DNA from: Candidatus Riflebacteria bacterium HGW-Riflebacteria-2
GTDB lineage: Bacteria; Muiribacteriota; Ozemobacteria; Ozemobacterales; Ozemobacteraceae
DNA length: 64,000 nucleotides
Assembly: GCA_002839435.1 (NCBI GenBank)
Contig: PGYA01000006.1
Location: 50,132 to 114,131, forward strand
Direction: 5' to 3'
Shown: positions 36,774-46,765 of the stretch, piece by piece
How positions within the stretch are numbered: the stretch's first letter is position 1
How the letters are laid out: every line of letters begins with the position of its first letter
Notes under the pieces: generated by a model
What the model was told of the DNA's origin: nothing
Databases searched by the model: none
The model's input: only the letters and a program-made list of their open reading frames with translations
Position numbers and translations under genes: made by a program

Positions 36774-38168
36774 CTACATTTTCTGGAATTTCAGGCAGAG
36801 ATCTTCGTATTTGGCCTTCAATGACGCTATGTCTGGCTCTCCCACTTTCAGCTGATCCAGGTAATCGCTCCAGACCTGAACCATGGCGCGTCTCTGCGCC
36901 AGAAATGAGCCACGTTGATAACCATATTTGTCGCCCTTGGTGCTGTGGCTCATCTGCGGTTCAATTACAAAGGCCGGTATATCCAATTTCTCGGACAAAA
37001 GAGTTCGCGCTGTAGATCGGAACCCATGTGCAGTCGTTTCGATAATTCCCATTCTCTTCATGGCTACATTGATTGAACCATTAGAAATTGGGCGCGTAAT
37101 ACTGTCCAGACCCGGGAAAACAAACTCACTGTTGCAGGTAAAGGGCTTGATCTTCGCTAACATTTCAACAACCTGCCGGGACAACGGAACGATATAGTCC
37201 TTCGGCTTGTCTGCCATTTTTGGATCTGCAATTGACCGACCTTTAACCTTTGATTTGTGAAGAATCCAGAGGCCGCTTTCGAGGTCAATATCCTTCCATC
37301 TGGCAAATCGCAATTCCATCTGCCGGACAAAAACATGCGGCAGAAGCATCATGGCAGTTTTAACAGTAAGTTGACTGGGACTGGCGTCCAACTTCAAAAG
37401 AACTTCTCTGAGCTGGTCTGGTTCAACGACAGCCTTGTGACTCTCACGGATTGCCCTTGGCAACCTCTTCAATATGCCGACAGTTGGATCAACCGGTGTC
37501 AGTCTTCTAAAATATGCGTCCTCAAATATCTTTCCCAGCCAGGCGATTACCCTGTGAGCCGTGTCTATAGAATCGCGGGCAATAATTACATCAGCTACAG
37601 CTTGGATGTCTTCACGAACGATGGTGTGAACAGGTTTGTTACCCATCAATGGGAAACAATCACCCTTGAGTCTTGCAACAACTTTTTCTCTGTGCAGGTC
37701 GGTAAATGGCTGAGCTTCCAACCATTGTAGGGACAAAACTTTAAAGGTCCTCTCTTCCTTTGCCTGAAGCGCATCAGAATGCTTTTTCTCTTCAATCTTT
37801 TTGTCTTGAGGATCTGTGCCTTCTCGCTTCAGAAGTGCGATTTCGGATCTATGCTTTGACCGAGCCTGCTCAATAGTAAAGGAGTCAATTCCGTCACCGT
37901 TTAGTGAAAATGTCCCTATGGTGACAACCTTATCCTTGGGAATCCCTTTACTGTTACGCTCTTCAAGCGAATAATATTTGTACCGAAATGTCTTTTTGCC
38001 AGTTTTCGAGACCTGAACAAACAACCCGGAAGAGTCGGAAATTTTCTGGTTGTTGGTAACAATTCGTCGGGTAGTCGGATCCTGGTTGCCAACCTTCAGC
38101 TTCTCAATCCTATCGTTGGTTAGCGATTTCCCTTTTGTAGAGCCGATTTTCTTGCTTGGTAGGGACAA
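36774..38168 (-). CDS. int: Tyrosine recombinase/integrase, P4-like
   Basis: Arm-binding N-terminus (DSSGLFVQVSKTGKKTFRYKY...IGTF), catalytic R (VRQMELR), HGFRSTART, MSH...Y and RRAMVQVWSDYLD; GAGGAG RBS, TTG start. Confidence 0.95.
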   Translation of the reverse strand: MSLPSKKIGSTKGKSLTNDRIEKLKVGNQDPTTRRIVTNNQKISDSSGLFVQVSKTGKKTFRYKYYSLEERNSKGIPKDKVVTIGTFSLNGDGIDSFTIEQARSKHRSEIALLKREGTDPQDKKIEEKKHSDALQAKEERTFKVLSLQWLEAQPFTDLHREKVVARLKGDCFPLMGNKPVHTIVREDIQAVADVIIARDSIDTAHRVIAWLGKIFEDAYFRRLTPVDPTVGILKRLPRAIRESHKAVVEPDQLREVLLKLDASPSQLTVKTAMMLLPHVFVRQMELRFARWKDIDLESGLWILHKSKVKGRSIADPKMADKPKDYIVPLSRQVVEMLAKIKPFTCNSEFVFPGLDSITRPISNGSINVAMKRMGIIETTAHGFRSTARTLLSEKLDIPAFVIEPQMSHSTKGDKYGYQRGSFLAQRRAMVQVWSDYLDQLKVGEPDIASLKAKYEDLCLKFQKM

Positions 38169-38259
38169 AATATTACTCCTCTGTAGAAGTTTTATTCATT
38201 TGTCCCTATTTTATCCCTAAAAACCAAAAGACGCAACAGACAACCATGGATGGGGATAA
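38160..38259. promoter_or_regulatory. Putative integrase arm-type sites, tRNA-proximal end
   Basis: TTGTCCCTA 38200-38208 and TTATCCCTA 38211-38219; inverted TAGGGACAA 38160-38168 over the int start codon; near-match TGGGGATAA 38251-38259. Confidence 0.7.
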
Positions 38260-38274
38260 ACGCCGGTAAATAGA

Positions 38275-38299
38275 AAACCCCGCTATTAATGCGGGGTTT
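38275..38299 (-). terminator. Island-supplied terminator downstream of tRNA-Met
   Basis: AAACCCCGC-TATTAAT-GCGGGGTTT. Confidence 0.7.
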
Positions 38300-38332
38300 A
38301 AGCCTTTGGTAGACTTGTATAAATCTACTTCC

Positions 38333-38408
38333 GGTAGCAAGGGTCGGAATCGAACCGACGACCGCACGGGTATGAACCGTGTGCTCTAACCAGCTGAGCT
38401 ACCTTGCC
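38333..38408 (-). tRNA. tRNA-Met (CAT), elongator type; integration target
   Basis: GGCAAGG-TAGCTCAGCTGGTTAGAGC-A-CACGG-TTCATAC-CCGTG...GGTTCGATTCC...CCTTGCT-A-CC cloverleaf. Confidence 0.93.
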
Positions 38409-38450
38409 GGGTAAAAACAAAGGCCTGAATTTGTCCAGGCCCTGTTTTAC

Positions 38451-38526
<76 letters not shown>

Positions 38527-38533
38527 TCGTATG

Positions 38534-38619
38534 GGTGCCGAGAGCCGGGCTTGAACCGGCACGGGTTTTACCCCACCGGATTTTAAGTCCGGTGCGTCTG
38601 CCAATTCCGCCATCCCGGC
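38534..38619 (-). tRNA. tRNA-Leu (TAA)
   Basis: GCCGGGATGGCGGAATTGGCAGACGC-A-CCGGA-CTTAAAA-TCCGG, long variable arm, GGTTCAAGCCC. Confidence 0.95.
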
Positions 38620-38800
38620 TGATCGAACTTTATTGTAACAGCCTTAAATCGCAAAGTCAAGCTATTTTATCTGATTTGCCAAATAAATGATTGTAGGAGT
38701 GTTAAATTATTTTTACAGCCTAATAAGCTTGTGTTCTGAGTTAGGATAAATTAAAATTGTACATGAAGAAGGTTAATTGAGCAGAACGGGGTATTGCACA

Positions 38801-39556
38801 ATGAAGCTTGCAAAACAGGGTGTTACCCTGCCTGAAATCGCGCTGGCCATGCTGATACTGGCAGCGGCCTTCATTCCGCTCATCGGTGTTATCGGCACAT
38901 CTTCGACTGACTCCGATGTTGCTAATTCGGTGGTATTCGCGCAGACGGCTGTGCGCAATATTCTTGACACCCTGCTCGACGACGTGCCGTTTTACGCAAT
39001 AAGACCGGCCGGAACCCCTGTCAGTGACGCAGACGGCAACAACCCCGAAGACAACGTTGCTGAAATTGTTGACCTGGCCGACCCGGCTTTCGATCGCCGC
39101 ACTTTTCTTACCCTCCTCGGGAACGATGCGAGCGCCGACGGTTACGCGCGCGGCACCATCGTTGACGAGCGTGGCCTGCAATACAAGACCAAACTTTATG
39201 TTTTCCCGATTCCAGTATCGCCAAACGTCAATACCAACAACGAAATCTCCTTCACTCATCTGCCGCGACCAATTTACGAAAATCAGATAAATGCTGACGG
39301 GCAAAACATCTGGTACAACTACGACGAGGCTTTCATATCGGGAGCGGCAATGTCGCCTTACGACCCGCCAGATGACGACAAACTCGTGCAGCCACCGCTC
39401 AAAATCCTCGGTGCTTTTGAGCTGGGTACACCTCCAGGACCCGACGCTAATAATCACTGCATCATGAAAAAAATTCTGCTGCGCGTTACCTGGCAGAATC
39501 GGAGCGGTCATGATCGCTCGATCGACATCTTCACGATGAAGGCAAATCTGAAATGA
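38801..39556 (+). CDS. Prepilin-type minor pilin (PilV-like)
   Basis: MKLAKQG|VTLPEIALAMLILAAAFIPL class III signal with Glu5; C-terminal KKILLRVTW. Confidence 0.8.
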   Translation: MKLAKQGVTLPEIALAMLILAAAFIPLIGVIGTSSTDSDVANSVVFAQTAVRNILDTLLDDVPFYAIRPAGTPVSDADGNNPEDNVAEIVDLADPAFDRRTFLTLLGNDASADGYARGTIVDERGLQYKTKLYVFPIPVSPNVNTNNEISFTHLPRPIYENQINADGQNIWYNYDEAFISGAAMSPYDPPDDDKLVQPPLKILGAFELGTPPGPDANNHCIMKKILLRVTWQNRSGHDRSIDIFTMKANLK

Positions 39557-40272
39557 AACAGACAAAGCGATCCGGCATGGCAATTCCGCTGGTTCTCGTT
39601 TTCGCAACCGCCCTGGGCATAGTTGCAACCTATCTGATCAAGAGCACCCAGCAGTATAACCGCTCGAACCTCACCAGCTTTTCTCAGCTGCAGGCTCACT
39701 TTACCGCCAGAGCCGGCATCGAGCATGCAATGCTCAAAATCAAGTTCCTGCATCGTGAATTGTATGATGCAATCTGTCTGGCACAGGGACGCAACCCGCT
39801 TTTCGACTTCACTCAAATTACCGACCTGAATGCGCCTGAAAGCGGAATTAAAAGTTACAATCCAGGCCCAATCTTTCTTTACCGCAGCGGGCAGTTCAAC
39901 CCAAACCGCCTTTTCACACCGGGTTTTTCAATTGCTGGCGGCCGCGAGCGACAATGGCTCGAAACTTTCATGTCTGATATCAAGTCTGACGCCACCGTTT
40001 TCAATGGCGTATCGACCAATGGCGTGCTGTCGATGAAACCGCTGCCGGCCGAAATCAAGAATCGCATGCGTGAGCCTTTCAATCTTGCCGAATACGGCGT
40101 GACCGACCTTAACATCGCAGCCCAGGAAATCGCCGAAACGGTTGATGCCAGCGGCAGCAAGGTCAGCAATACGGCAGTAATAGAAATTGTCGTGGCCAGT
40201 ACCGTAGAAACATCGCGTGGCGAAGCCTGGGACTACGAAATCCGCAAAACTGTGAGAATTAACCGTGATTAA
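39553..40272 (+). CDS. PilX/GspK-like minor pilin
   Basis: KRSG|MAIPLVLVF.. without Glu5; QAHFTARAGIEHAM. Confidence 0.7.
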   Translation: MKQTKRSGMAIPLVLVFATALGIVATYLIKSTQQYNRSNLTSFSQLQAHFTARAGIEHAMLKIKFLHRELYDAICLAQGRNPLFDFTQITDLNAPESGIKSYNPGPIFLYRSGQFNPNRLFTPGFSIAGGRERQWLETFMSDIKSDATVFNGVSTNGVLSMKPLPAEIKNRMREPFNLAEYGVTDLNIAAQEIAETVDASGSKVSNTAVIEIVVASTVETSRGEAWDYEIRKTVRINRD

Positions 40273-40987
40273 GCGACAAAATCGACAGGGCATGACGATC
40301 ATGGAAATAGCCATAGCGTCAGCGATACTATCAGTCTTCATGGTCGGCGTTTTCAGCCTTTACCGCGGCGGCAGCAAACTCAGCAATACCACCTTATGGG
40401 CGCAGCAGACGATAAACAAGCTCAAACTGGCATGCCGCGAAATAAACAACGCCATCAAAAAAAGCACTTATCCTGCAAGCATCACGTTTCCCGGTAGTAT
40501 CAGCGAAAATACGGGCGGCGATTTCGGGCTTCATCATTTCAACGGTACAATGTATGCTACTCAGACGGTTGGCATAAATGGCAACGGCTTTTCCGGCGCC
40601 AAAGTATTTTCCCTGACCGAATCGACACCTGCGAAAATTGGCTTTGCCGCCAGCGACAACCACGACGCGGTGCTTATTTACCACGTCGTTTCACTCGCAA
40701 GCGACGGCAATCTTAACTATGGGCGCTGGCAGGAGACGGTCGCCGGCACATCGGTTTCCGCTATGGCCCGCCCGGCACTGCCAACCGGCGCCAACATATT
40801 CAAGTCGATTCTGGCTCGCGATGTTGAGTCGGTCACCTGCGAACCGACCAGTGTCGGCAGTGCGCGCAGCCCGCTTCTGATAAAAATCACCTGTCGAATT
40901 CCGGGCGGCGAGACCTCGCGTACGGAACAGGCAGTGGGTACACCTAACGTAGATCTGATATCACACAATAACGTCGGAGGATGGTAA
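40265..40987 (+). CDS. Prepilin-type minor pilin (PilW/GspJ-like)
   Basis: RQG|MTIMEIAIASAILSVFM class III signal. Confidence 0.8.
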   Translation: MIKRQNRQGMTIMEIAIASAILSVFMVGVFSLYRGGSKLSNTTLWAQQTINKLKLACREINNAIKKSTYPASITFPGSISENTGGDFGLHHFNGTMYATQTVGINGNGFSGAKVFSLTESTPAKIGFAASDNHDAVLIYHVVSLASDGNLNYGRWQETVAGTSVSAMARPALPTGANIFKSILARDVESVTCEPTSVGSARSPLLIKITCRIPGGETSRTEQAVGTPNVDLISHNNVGGW

Positions 40988-40990
40988 GAT

Positions 40991-41917
40991 ATGCTCTCAG
41001 GGAAAAGGCTTGTTATATTTCTGCTGGCAATCGCCAGTCTATACGTCAGCTCGGCCACCCAGGCCCAGGAACAGGTACAGTTCGGCTATGTCAACCTGGC
41101 TGAAGCAGTGCTGCTGCACCCATTCATGAAAGAATTCGACGCAGCGCCCCGCCGTTTCCGAATAACCGCGCTAAAGGGCGATGCCGATAAAACGCGGCTG
41201 GAAAATACCGCAAAATTGAAAGGCGAAATCGAAAAGGCACAGACAGAGCTGAAAAAGCTCGAAGAAGAACGCATCAAGGAAGAAAACGACTATACAAAAC
41301 AGTTGCAGAAACTTATTCGACAAAAAAATACCAGTCCTAAGGCTGGCGAAATCTCAATGGAGAAGTATAATGAAGAGAGGAAGTCTATCGACCTTGAATT
41401 TACCCGCAAACTGCGAGCTTTGCGTACAGAGATAAAAAAGGTGCAGAACACCATTACAAAACTGAATCAGAATTCGGCATACGTCGAGCATGCCTCGCAC
41501 GAAGAAACGCGCAAGGTTTTTTCGCTGATTCTTGATGAGCTTTACGAAGGTGTCGATGCCGTTGCCAAGTTTTACAAGATACCCTTTGTGTTTAACAGTT
41601 CTTTTGCGTTTGAACGCAATGCCAACCAGGCAACCATAACTAATCCGATGCCCGAATTTTTCAAGGATCTAGATTACCGTCTGTCTGAAGATCCTGAAGG
41701 CAAGCTGACGGTTGGCGCCGGCATCAAGGCCTGGCTTGACCTCAAAAATAATAATCTGGTTAACTGCTCTGATCCACGACTAACCAGTTTTGTACTCAAG
41801 GGCGGGGTTAACATGACCCCGGCCGTAGTTGATTATATTTATCAGAAACACGGAATCAGCAAATCTCATCGCGATTTCATTCAGGAATATTTCCGCACGG
41901 TTGGCTCTGACAAGTAA
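40991..41917 (+). CDS. Skp/OmpH-like periplasmic coiled-coil protein
   Basis: Signal peptide; FGYVNL N-terminal strand, long coiled coil, VDAVAK..KIPFVFN and NMTPAVV tail. Confidence 0.55.
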   Translation: MLSGKRLVIFLLAIASLYVSSATQAQEQVQFGYVNLAEAVLLHPFMKEFDAAPRRFRITALKGDADKTRLENTAKLKGEIEKAQTELKKLEEERIKEENDYTKQLQKLIRQKNTSPKAGEISMEKYNEERKSIDLEFTRKLRALRTEIKKVQNTITKLNQNSAYVEHASHEETRKVFSLILDELYEGVDAVAKFYKIPFVFNSSFAFERNANQATITNPMPEFFKDLDYRLSEDPEGKLTVGAGIKAWLDLKNNNLVNCSDPRLTSFVLKGGVNMTPAVVDYIYQKHGISKSHRDFIQEYFRTVGSDK

Positions 41918-41953
41918 TTTTGTAGTGCTGTTATCAGCTCGGGGGAGGCTATT

Positions 41954-44900
41954 ATGAAGAAGAACATTATTCTGGGGCTGTGCCTGATGATGATTCTGAG
42001 CGTCGGCAGTGTTGCCGTGCAGGCTCAGGGTCTCGGTATGAACGGCGTAGCTTACGTCCTTCTCGGCAACGAATTTGACAGCCATGGCGTTTATCGTCTC
42101 AACGAATACAGCGCTGATGCCAGCGTGCGGGCAGTGCCTTACAAGCTTTTCAATCTCAACAGCATGCCCGGCAAGGTCAGTGGTCTCTCGGCCAACCAGC
42201 AGAAACAGGTATTTCTGCTTGCCGGCCCCCTGGCTGGAGAATGGGCCGATGCCGAAGTCGGCTGGCTTCCGACCGGAATGCGTTTTGATGACGACTCGCC
42301 GATTTATCTCAAAACCATGCTGCCCAACGACCCCGAAGGTGGCGTCACCAATTACAACCGCACCGGTAATCCACATAGTTTTGGATCTTACTGGCAGACA
42401 AACTACACAATCGCCGGAAAAACCTATGCCTATGGGGTTAAATTCGGTGGCCCGACTGAAGTCAAATACCTGAACGGCGTCAGCGGAACAATCGGCACAC
42501 CGGTCTGGCCAGGAACTTTCTCTGCAACGACAGGTATAGCTCACCCGACCGACCCGCGCAAGGTAATTCTGCCTTCGCACTGGGCCGGTGTTGCTTATTA
42601 TGCCTACGGCACCCAGAGTCATCCTGAATTTCCCCGTGAGGCGCTCGACGGAACTATAGGTCTCAACGGTAACCTGAAGCCAACCACACTCTGGTCCGCC
42701 GGGCAGGCAGGCCATGAAATCGCACCCAAATATATCTTTTCCTGTATCGTTAAGCGCGTTTATAAGAAGCGCACCAAGTCACTCGACCTCTATGCCGCAC
42801 TCGACAATGCTCCACCACCTCCCTCTGTTAGCCCCACGCTTCAGAGCGCCGGTATGCTCTCTTCGATTGACGTTAACGTAACCGAAGCCTACGGCAAATA
42901 TTGCGGCGACAACTGTATTCCTGGTGGATCTATCGGGCAGAACAGTATCATGACTCAGCTTTCGACGGTGCGCGTGGTTACTTCGACCAGAGGCGCGCGC
43001 TACGGGTTCAACCCGCAGGGCATCAGAAAGATTTCAAGCGTTTCTGAAATCAACGCGGCATTGCGTGTCGTAAAGCCCGGCAGTGCAGTTACCGAGGCGC
43101 TTTCTATCTCGACCGACGAAGCCGGTACAACTTTTGCGCCGGTTATTGTAAACGGCGCCTACCTTGCCAGCATCGGTGTAACTCCTGCAAACCTGAAAAC
43201 ACTTGGCGCGTCTTCCGACTTTTCCAGTGTGGCAGGTATTGACTATCTGTATGGCTCCGATGCCGACAAGTTCGTGGTCCAGGACTCCTGGTGGGGCCGC
43301 GGTGGTGTTGCCTACGAATATTACGAAGATACAGGCGCCATAAGAAAACTCGACTACATGGCCAATACCAACCCGACAATCGAAGAACTTGGCGTGCTGT
43401 CAGGCAAGATTGATGACATCGGCGTTGACGGTGATGGTTATCTTTATGTCATGCGCACCGAAAAGCTTCCGATTGACGACGAGATGGTCGCCATGGCTGT
43501 TAATATCAGCAATCCAGCGGCCCACCCACAGTTTTTCGAGGTCAGCTCAACATGGCTGCGCCCACCTCCCGAAGGTGGCGAGACATCTGACCCTTCACCG
43601 ATACCCGAAGGAAGCCAGCAAATTGGCGACTACAAGGAAGTCACACTCAAGCAGGATGTATACAAGACGGTAAAACGTTATCCACAGGGCACTGGCGCAC
43701 TCGGCACCGAAGAAGACCGCGGCAGCGTTCTGGCTGGTTTCGACCTGTGGACACGCTCATTCGAGGTAAAGGCGGACGGCAGCATCGGCTGGAAGCATGT
43801 CACCTGGAGCATAGAGGCTGAAGGCGACCGCGATTCAACATTTGCGGGCGAACTTGCTGTTGTTAATCTTGCTAAAGTTCCCGACAACTTACCCGGCAGC
43901 GACAAACTCAACGTCATCGCCATCGGCAATGTTGATGACAGCAGTTCAACCTTGCCCAACCAGGATTACACTACCAGCAACCCCGCTCTGAGCATTAAAG
44001 AGCACTCAACCATGACATTCAAGGTTGAAGGCTACAAACCGTATATAGACGGAGTTGCACACGAACTCAAACCGATGGGCAACATAGTTAATCCAAACAC
44101 TGGCGCAACAGTTCTGACCAATGTAAGACTCAATTCGACACCGAACGCCAACGGCACCTACTCGCATGATGAGAACAATGACGGCTCTCCAAGCGGTTTC
44201 CCGTCGAGCATGTTTGAATCTACCGAACGCGATACAGTAGTCAAATGGCGAATCAAACTTGTTGAAGAAAGTGATGCCTCCGCCCCAAGTTTCACTGAAA
44301 TCGAAACCTTCCCGGAAGTAACCGGCGCTGGAGAATTTCGCGCTCTCAGCTTCAATTTCCCACACCCCGGCAACTATCTGATCGAAGCCGTTATAACCTA
44401 TAACCATTTCAATTTCAGCGGCGTCGATAACACCATCAGACCACATGAACTGACATTCTCCAGCAAGACGGTAACCACAGCTCCGTTCATAGTTAAGGTC
44501 TTTTCAGAGAGCCTCAATCTCAACAACAGCCCGAGCTATATCACCAACATACAGATCAAACCGACTGTCAGGTCACGTCTGCACAGCGTAGCAAACTCCT
44601 CAGTTGATGGCACTGGCCCAGTAACTTCTCTGCTTGATTTTGAAGAAGACAAAGCTCTTGGCGGCATTGAGATCACTTTTGATGCGCAATTCGTGCGCGA
44701 TGCCAACCGTGTCACCAATATTGGGTCTGCCCTGGCAACATTTGACGGCATAGGTGTCTGGGATTACCGTTATTACGCCAGACTTTACAACGAAATTCCA
44801 AACACCTTCCCGGGTATGACTGCTTACGGCGCGCCGACAACGGTTAGCGATCTCACTAACGAATCCAGCAGCGCCCATGCCTACAACTACAACGCGCTCG

Positions 44901-46765
44901 GGACCTTGCTCGACATAAGCACCAAGATCAAGCCAGATGTTTACAACCCAGCGCGACCGAAAGGCGCCGAAGTCGGTGTCGATAACGGCACCCGCGTCGA
45001 CAGCGCTCCAACCGCCAAAGACTGGAGCTTCATCCAGTGGGGTCTTTATCTGCAGCCGACTGGCCCCTATAACATGGCCACACCAACTTCGTTCCTCGAC
45101 GCTGACGGCAGGCACACCCGCGGTATCCTCGTCGCACAGGGCGCCTGTAACGATGCTGAAGTTGTTACCACCGACCTTGGCAACCGCAAATACAGCGTAA
45201 GAGTTCCGATAGATTCTTCAAAATTCAGTCAGATCATCAATACGCCAAAAGACCCTGAAACCTTCAATCTGCACCTCGAAATACTCTACCCGCGAGTCAG
45301 CTGGCTGAGTAATGACCTTGGCGACAGCGCGACTGACGAGAAACGCTTCAGCAGCATGGTTCCGCTCAGCAATAGCGGCGGCGACAAACCTTTCCACATC
45401 CTTGGCCGCATGCGGCTTGTGCCAGGCACCGCGCCCGAACCGGGCAGTAACGCCCTGATCAACCAGAGCTGGAAAGATAGCGACAGTGGCGATGAATTCT
45501 TTGTCAGTGGCAAAGAAAGCATCGGCGTGCTGGCGCGCGACTTCACCCTGCCGCGCTTTGTCGAAGCACCAGGTACCAACGCAACTCCGATTATTCAGAC
45601 CACCGGCGATGAGGCCAGCGAAGTCAAGGTTTCTTTCGCTGTCTACGACAATAATCCGCATGCCGAAATCGGCATTTTCTACCCGGCTTATGAAATGCTC
45701 AAAGTCGATCCGGCGACTGATGCCCCGTTGCGACGCTTCGATTCGACCGACAGCAACAAGGAGTTCAAAAAAGGTCCGCCAATCACTGATATAGCCGAAC
45801 ACAAGGGCCCCTTAGACACCAACTTCTACAGCAATAACGACTGGGAAGCCGGCGCGTCGTTCACCGCAATCCTCGCTGAATATGGCCCGGGCAGCAGATT
45901 TGATACCGGCAAGGAACTGGAAAACTGGATCGGTTCACTCAACTATACCGTGCTGGGTTCAATCAAAGACGGTATCGGTTCATATTCAACTATCGTCGAG
46001 CATCAGTTCTATCATGAAAAAGCCTGTAATGATATTGGCATAACTGTTGATGACAATGCGAAAATCGTCATTGACAACGTTCTAGTCAAGGCCGTTGAAC
46101 GTGTCGATAATGACCCGCCCAGCATTGAAGTTGAATTGATTTCGCAGGTCGATAACCGCCGCTGGGAATTCAAGCTTAACGAGATGGTTAACGACCTCTG
46201 CCGTCTCCCGACCACGGTCGAGAACCTTGGCCAATGCACCCTTGCAGTCACTTCTTACAATCTGCAGACCAATACGCCGATAACCACTCTGTCTTTCGAC
46301 CAGATCCCCGGCTGCACAGCCTACCCGGACGACATCGGCCAGACTGACATCAACGCCCTGACAGTTATGCCGGCAGCCCTGCCCGAATTCAGACGCGCCA
46401 GCCGCCTGATGATCAACGTCAAAATCTTTGACAATACTGGTTTCAGAGAACTCAAAGAAGCCACAATCAAGGTTGTTAACCTTGATGGCGGCGAAACCAG
46501 CCTGTTGCCCACTAATAGCCCACAGATTCCGTTGATGGCATGGCAAAATATCAATGGCAACGCCATAGATGGCGTAGCCAACCGCCCGCGCGCCAGCTAT
46601 TCCGTCGATATGCCGATGAAGGCTGTGACTGGACAGAATCAGGTGCTCATCGAAGTTTACGCCAGCGACCTGAATAACAACCGGCGCCGGCTGACTATTC
46701 CGATAAAGGTTGTAGAAAGCACTTTCGAAACCCGTGTTCTTGAAATCAAAGAAAACCGCAACTGA
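41954..46765 (+). CDS. Very large secreted beta-rich protein (adhesin/PilY1-like position)
   Basis: GGAGG RBS, signal peptide (VQA-Q), 1603 aa rich in G/S/T/N/P; FPHPGNYLI PKD-like strand; shared C-terminal module. Confidence 0.75.
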   Translation: MKKNIILGLCLMMILSVGSVAVQAQGLGMNGVAYVLLGNEFDSHGVYRLNEYSADASVRAVPYKLFNLNSMPGKVSGLSANQQKQVFLLAGPLAGEWADAEVGWLPTGMRFDDDSPIYLKTMLPNDPEGGVTNYNRTGNPHSFGSYWQTNYTIAGKTYAYGVKFGGPTEVKYLNGVSGTIGTPVWPGTFSATTGIAHPTDPRKVILPSHWAGVAYYAYGTQSHPEFPREALDGTIGLNGNLKPTTLWSAGQAGHEIAPKYIFSCIVKRVYKKRTKSLDLYAALDNAPPPPSVSPTLQSAGMLSSIDVNVTEAYGKYCGDNCIPGGSIGQNSIMTQLSTVRVVTSTRGARYGFNPQGIRKISSVSEINAALRVVKPGSAVTEALSISTDEAGTTFAPVIVNGAYLASIGVTPANLKTLGASSDFSSVAGIDYLYGSDADKFVVQDSWWGRGGVAYEYYEDTGAIRKLDYMANTNPTIEELGVLSGKIDDIGVDGDGYLYVMRTEKLPIDDEMVAMAVNISNPAAHPQFFEVSSTWLRPPPEGGETSDPSPIPEGSQQIGDYKEVTLKQDVYKTVKRYPQGTGALGTEEDRGSVLAGFDLWTRSFEVKADGSIGWKHVTWSIEAEGDRDSTFAGELAVVNLAKVPDNLPGSDKLNVIAIGNVDDSSSTLPNQDYTTSNPALSIKEHSTMTFKVEGYKPYIDGVAHELKPMGNIVNPNTGATVLTNVRLNSTPNANGTYSHDENNDGSPSGFPSSMFESTERDTVVKWRIKLVEESDASAPSFTEIETFPEVTGAGEFRALSFNFPHPGNYLIEAVITYNHFNFSGVDNTIRPHELTFSSKTVTTAPFIVKVFSESLNLNNSPSYITNIQIKPTVRSRLHSVANSSVDGTGPVTSLLDFEEDKALGGIEITFDAQFVRDANRVTNIGSALATFDGIGVWDYRYYARLYNEIPNTFPGMTAYGAPTTVSDLTNESSSAHAYNYNALGTLLDISTKIKPDVYNPARPKGAEVGVDNGTRVDSAPTAKDWSFIQWGLYLQPTGPYNMATPTSFLDADGRHTRGILVAQGACNDAEVVTTDLGNRKYSVRVPIDSSKFSQIINTPKDPETFNLHLEILYPRVSWLSNDLGDSATDEKRFSSMVPLSNSGGDKPFHILGRMRLVPGTAPEPGSNALINQSWKDSDSGDEFFVSGKESIGVLARDFTLPRFVEAPGTNATPIIQTTGDEASEVKVSFAVYDNNPHAEIGIFYPAYEMLKVDPATDAPLRRFDSTDSNKEFKKGPPITDIAEHKGPLDTNFYSNNDWEAGASFTAILAEYGPGSRFDTGKELENWIGSLNYTVLGSIKDGIGSYSTIVEHQFYHEKACNDIGITVDDNAKIVIDNVLVKAVERVDNDPPSIEVELISQVDNRRWEFKLNEMVNDLCRLPTTVENLGQCTLAVTSYNLQTNTPITTLSFDQIPGCTAYPDDIGQTDINALTVMPAALPEFRRASRLMINVKIFDNTGFRELKEATIKVVNLDGGETSLLPTNSPQIPLMAWQNINGNAIDGVANRPRASYSVDMPMKAVTGQNQVLIEVYASDLNNNRRRLTIPIKVVESTFETRVLEIKENRN

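Larger units (their letters stand above)
8418..38346. mobile_element. Integrative defence island (P4-like integrase / AlpA type) inserted in the tRNA-Met 3' end
   Basis: 12-bp direct repeat TAGCAAGGGTCG at 8418-8429 and 38335-38346 (tRNA 3' end); integrase next to the tRNA; arm-type repeats at both ends; AT-richer cargo. Confidence 0.88.

Noticed and set aside
8418-38346. Intact prophage or conjugative ICE
   Set aside because: No capsid, terminase, tail, relaxase or T4SS genes
38333-38408. Assignment as tRNA-Ile2 (TilS substrate), given tilS in the window
   Set aside because: The anticodon arm CACGG-TTCATAC-CCGTG and GGC start resemble elongator tRNA-Met; a covariance-model check would settle it
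38741-39628. Long antisense ORFs (e.g. 38741-39628, 41780-42715, 13154-13870, 63340-63867)
   Set aside because: They overlap well-supported genes on the opposite strand and have no motifs
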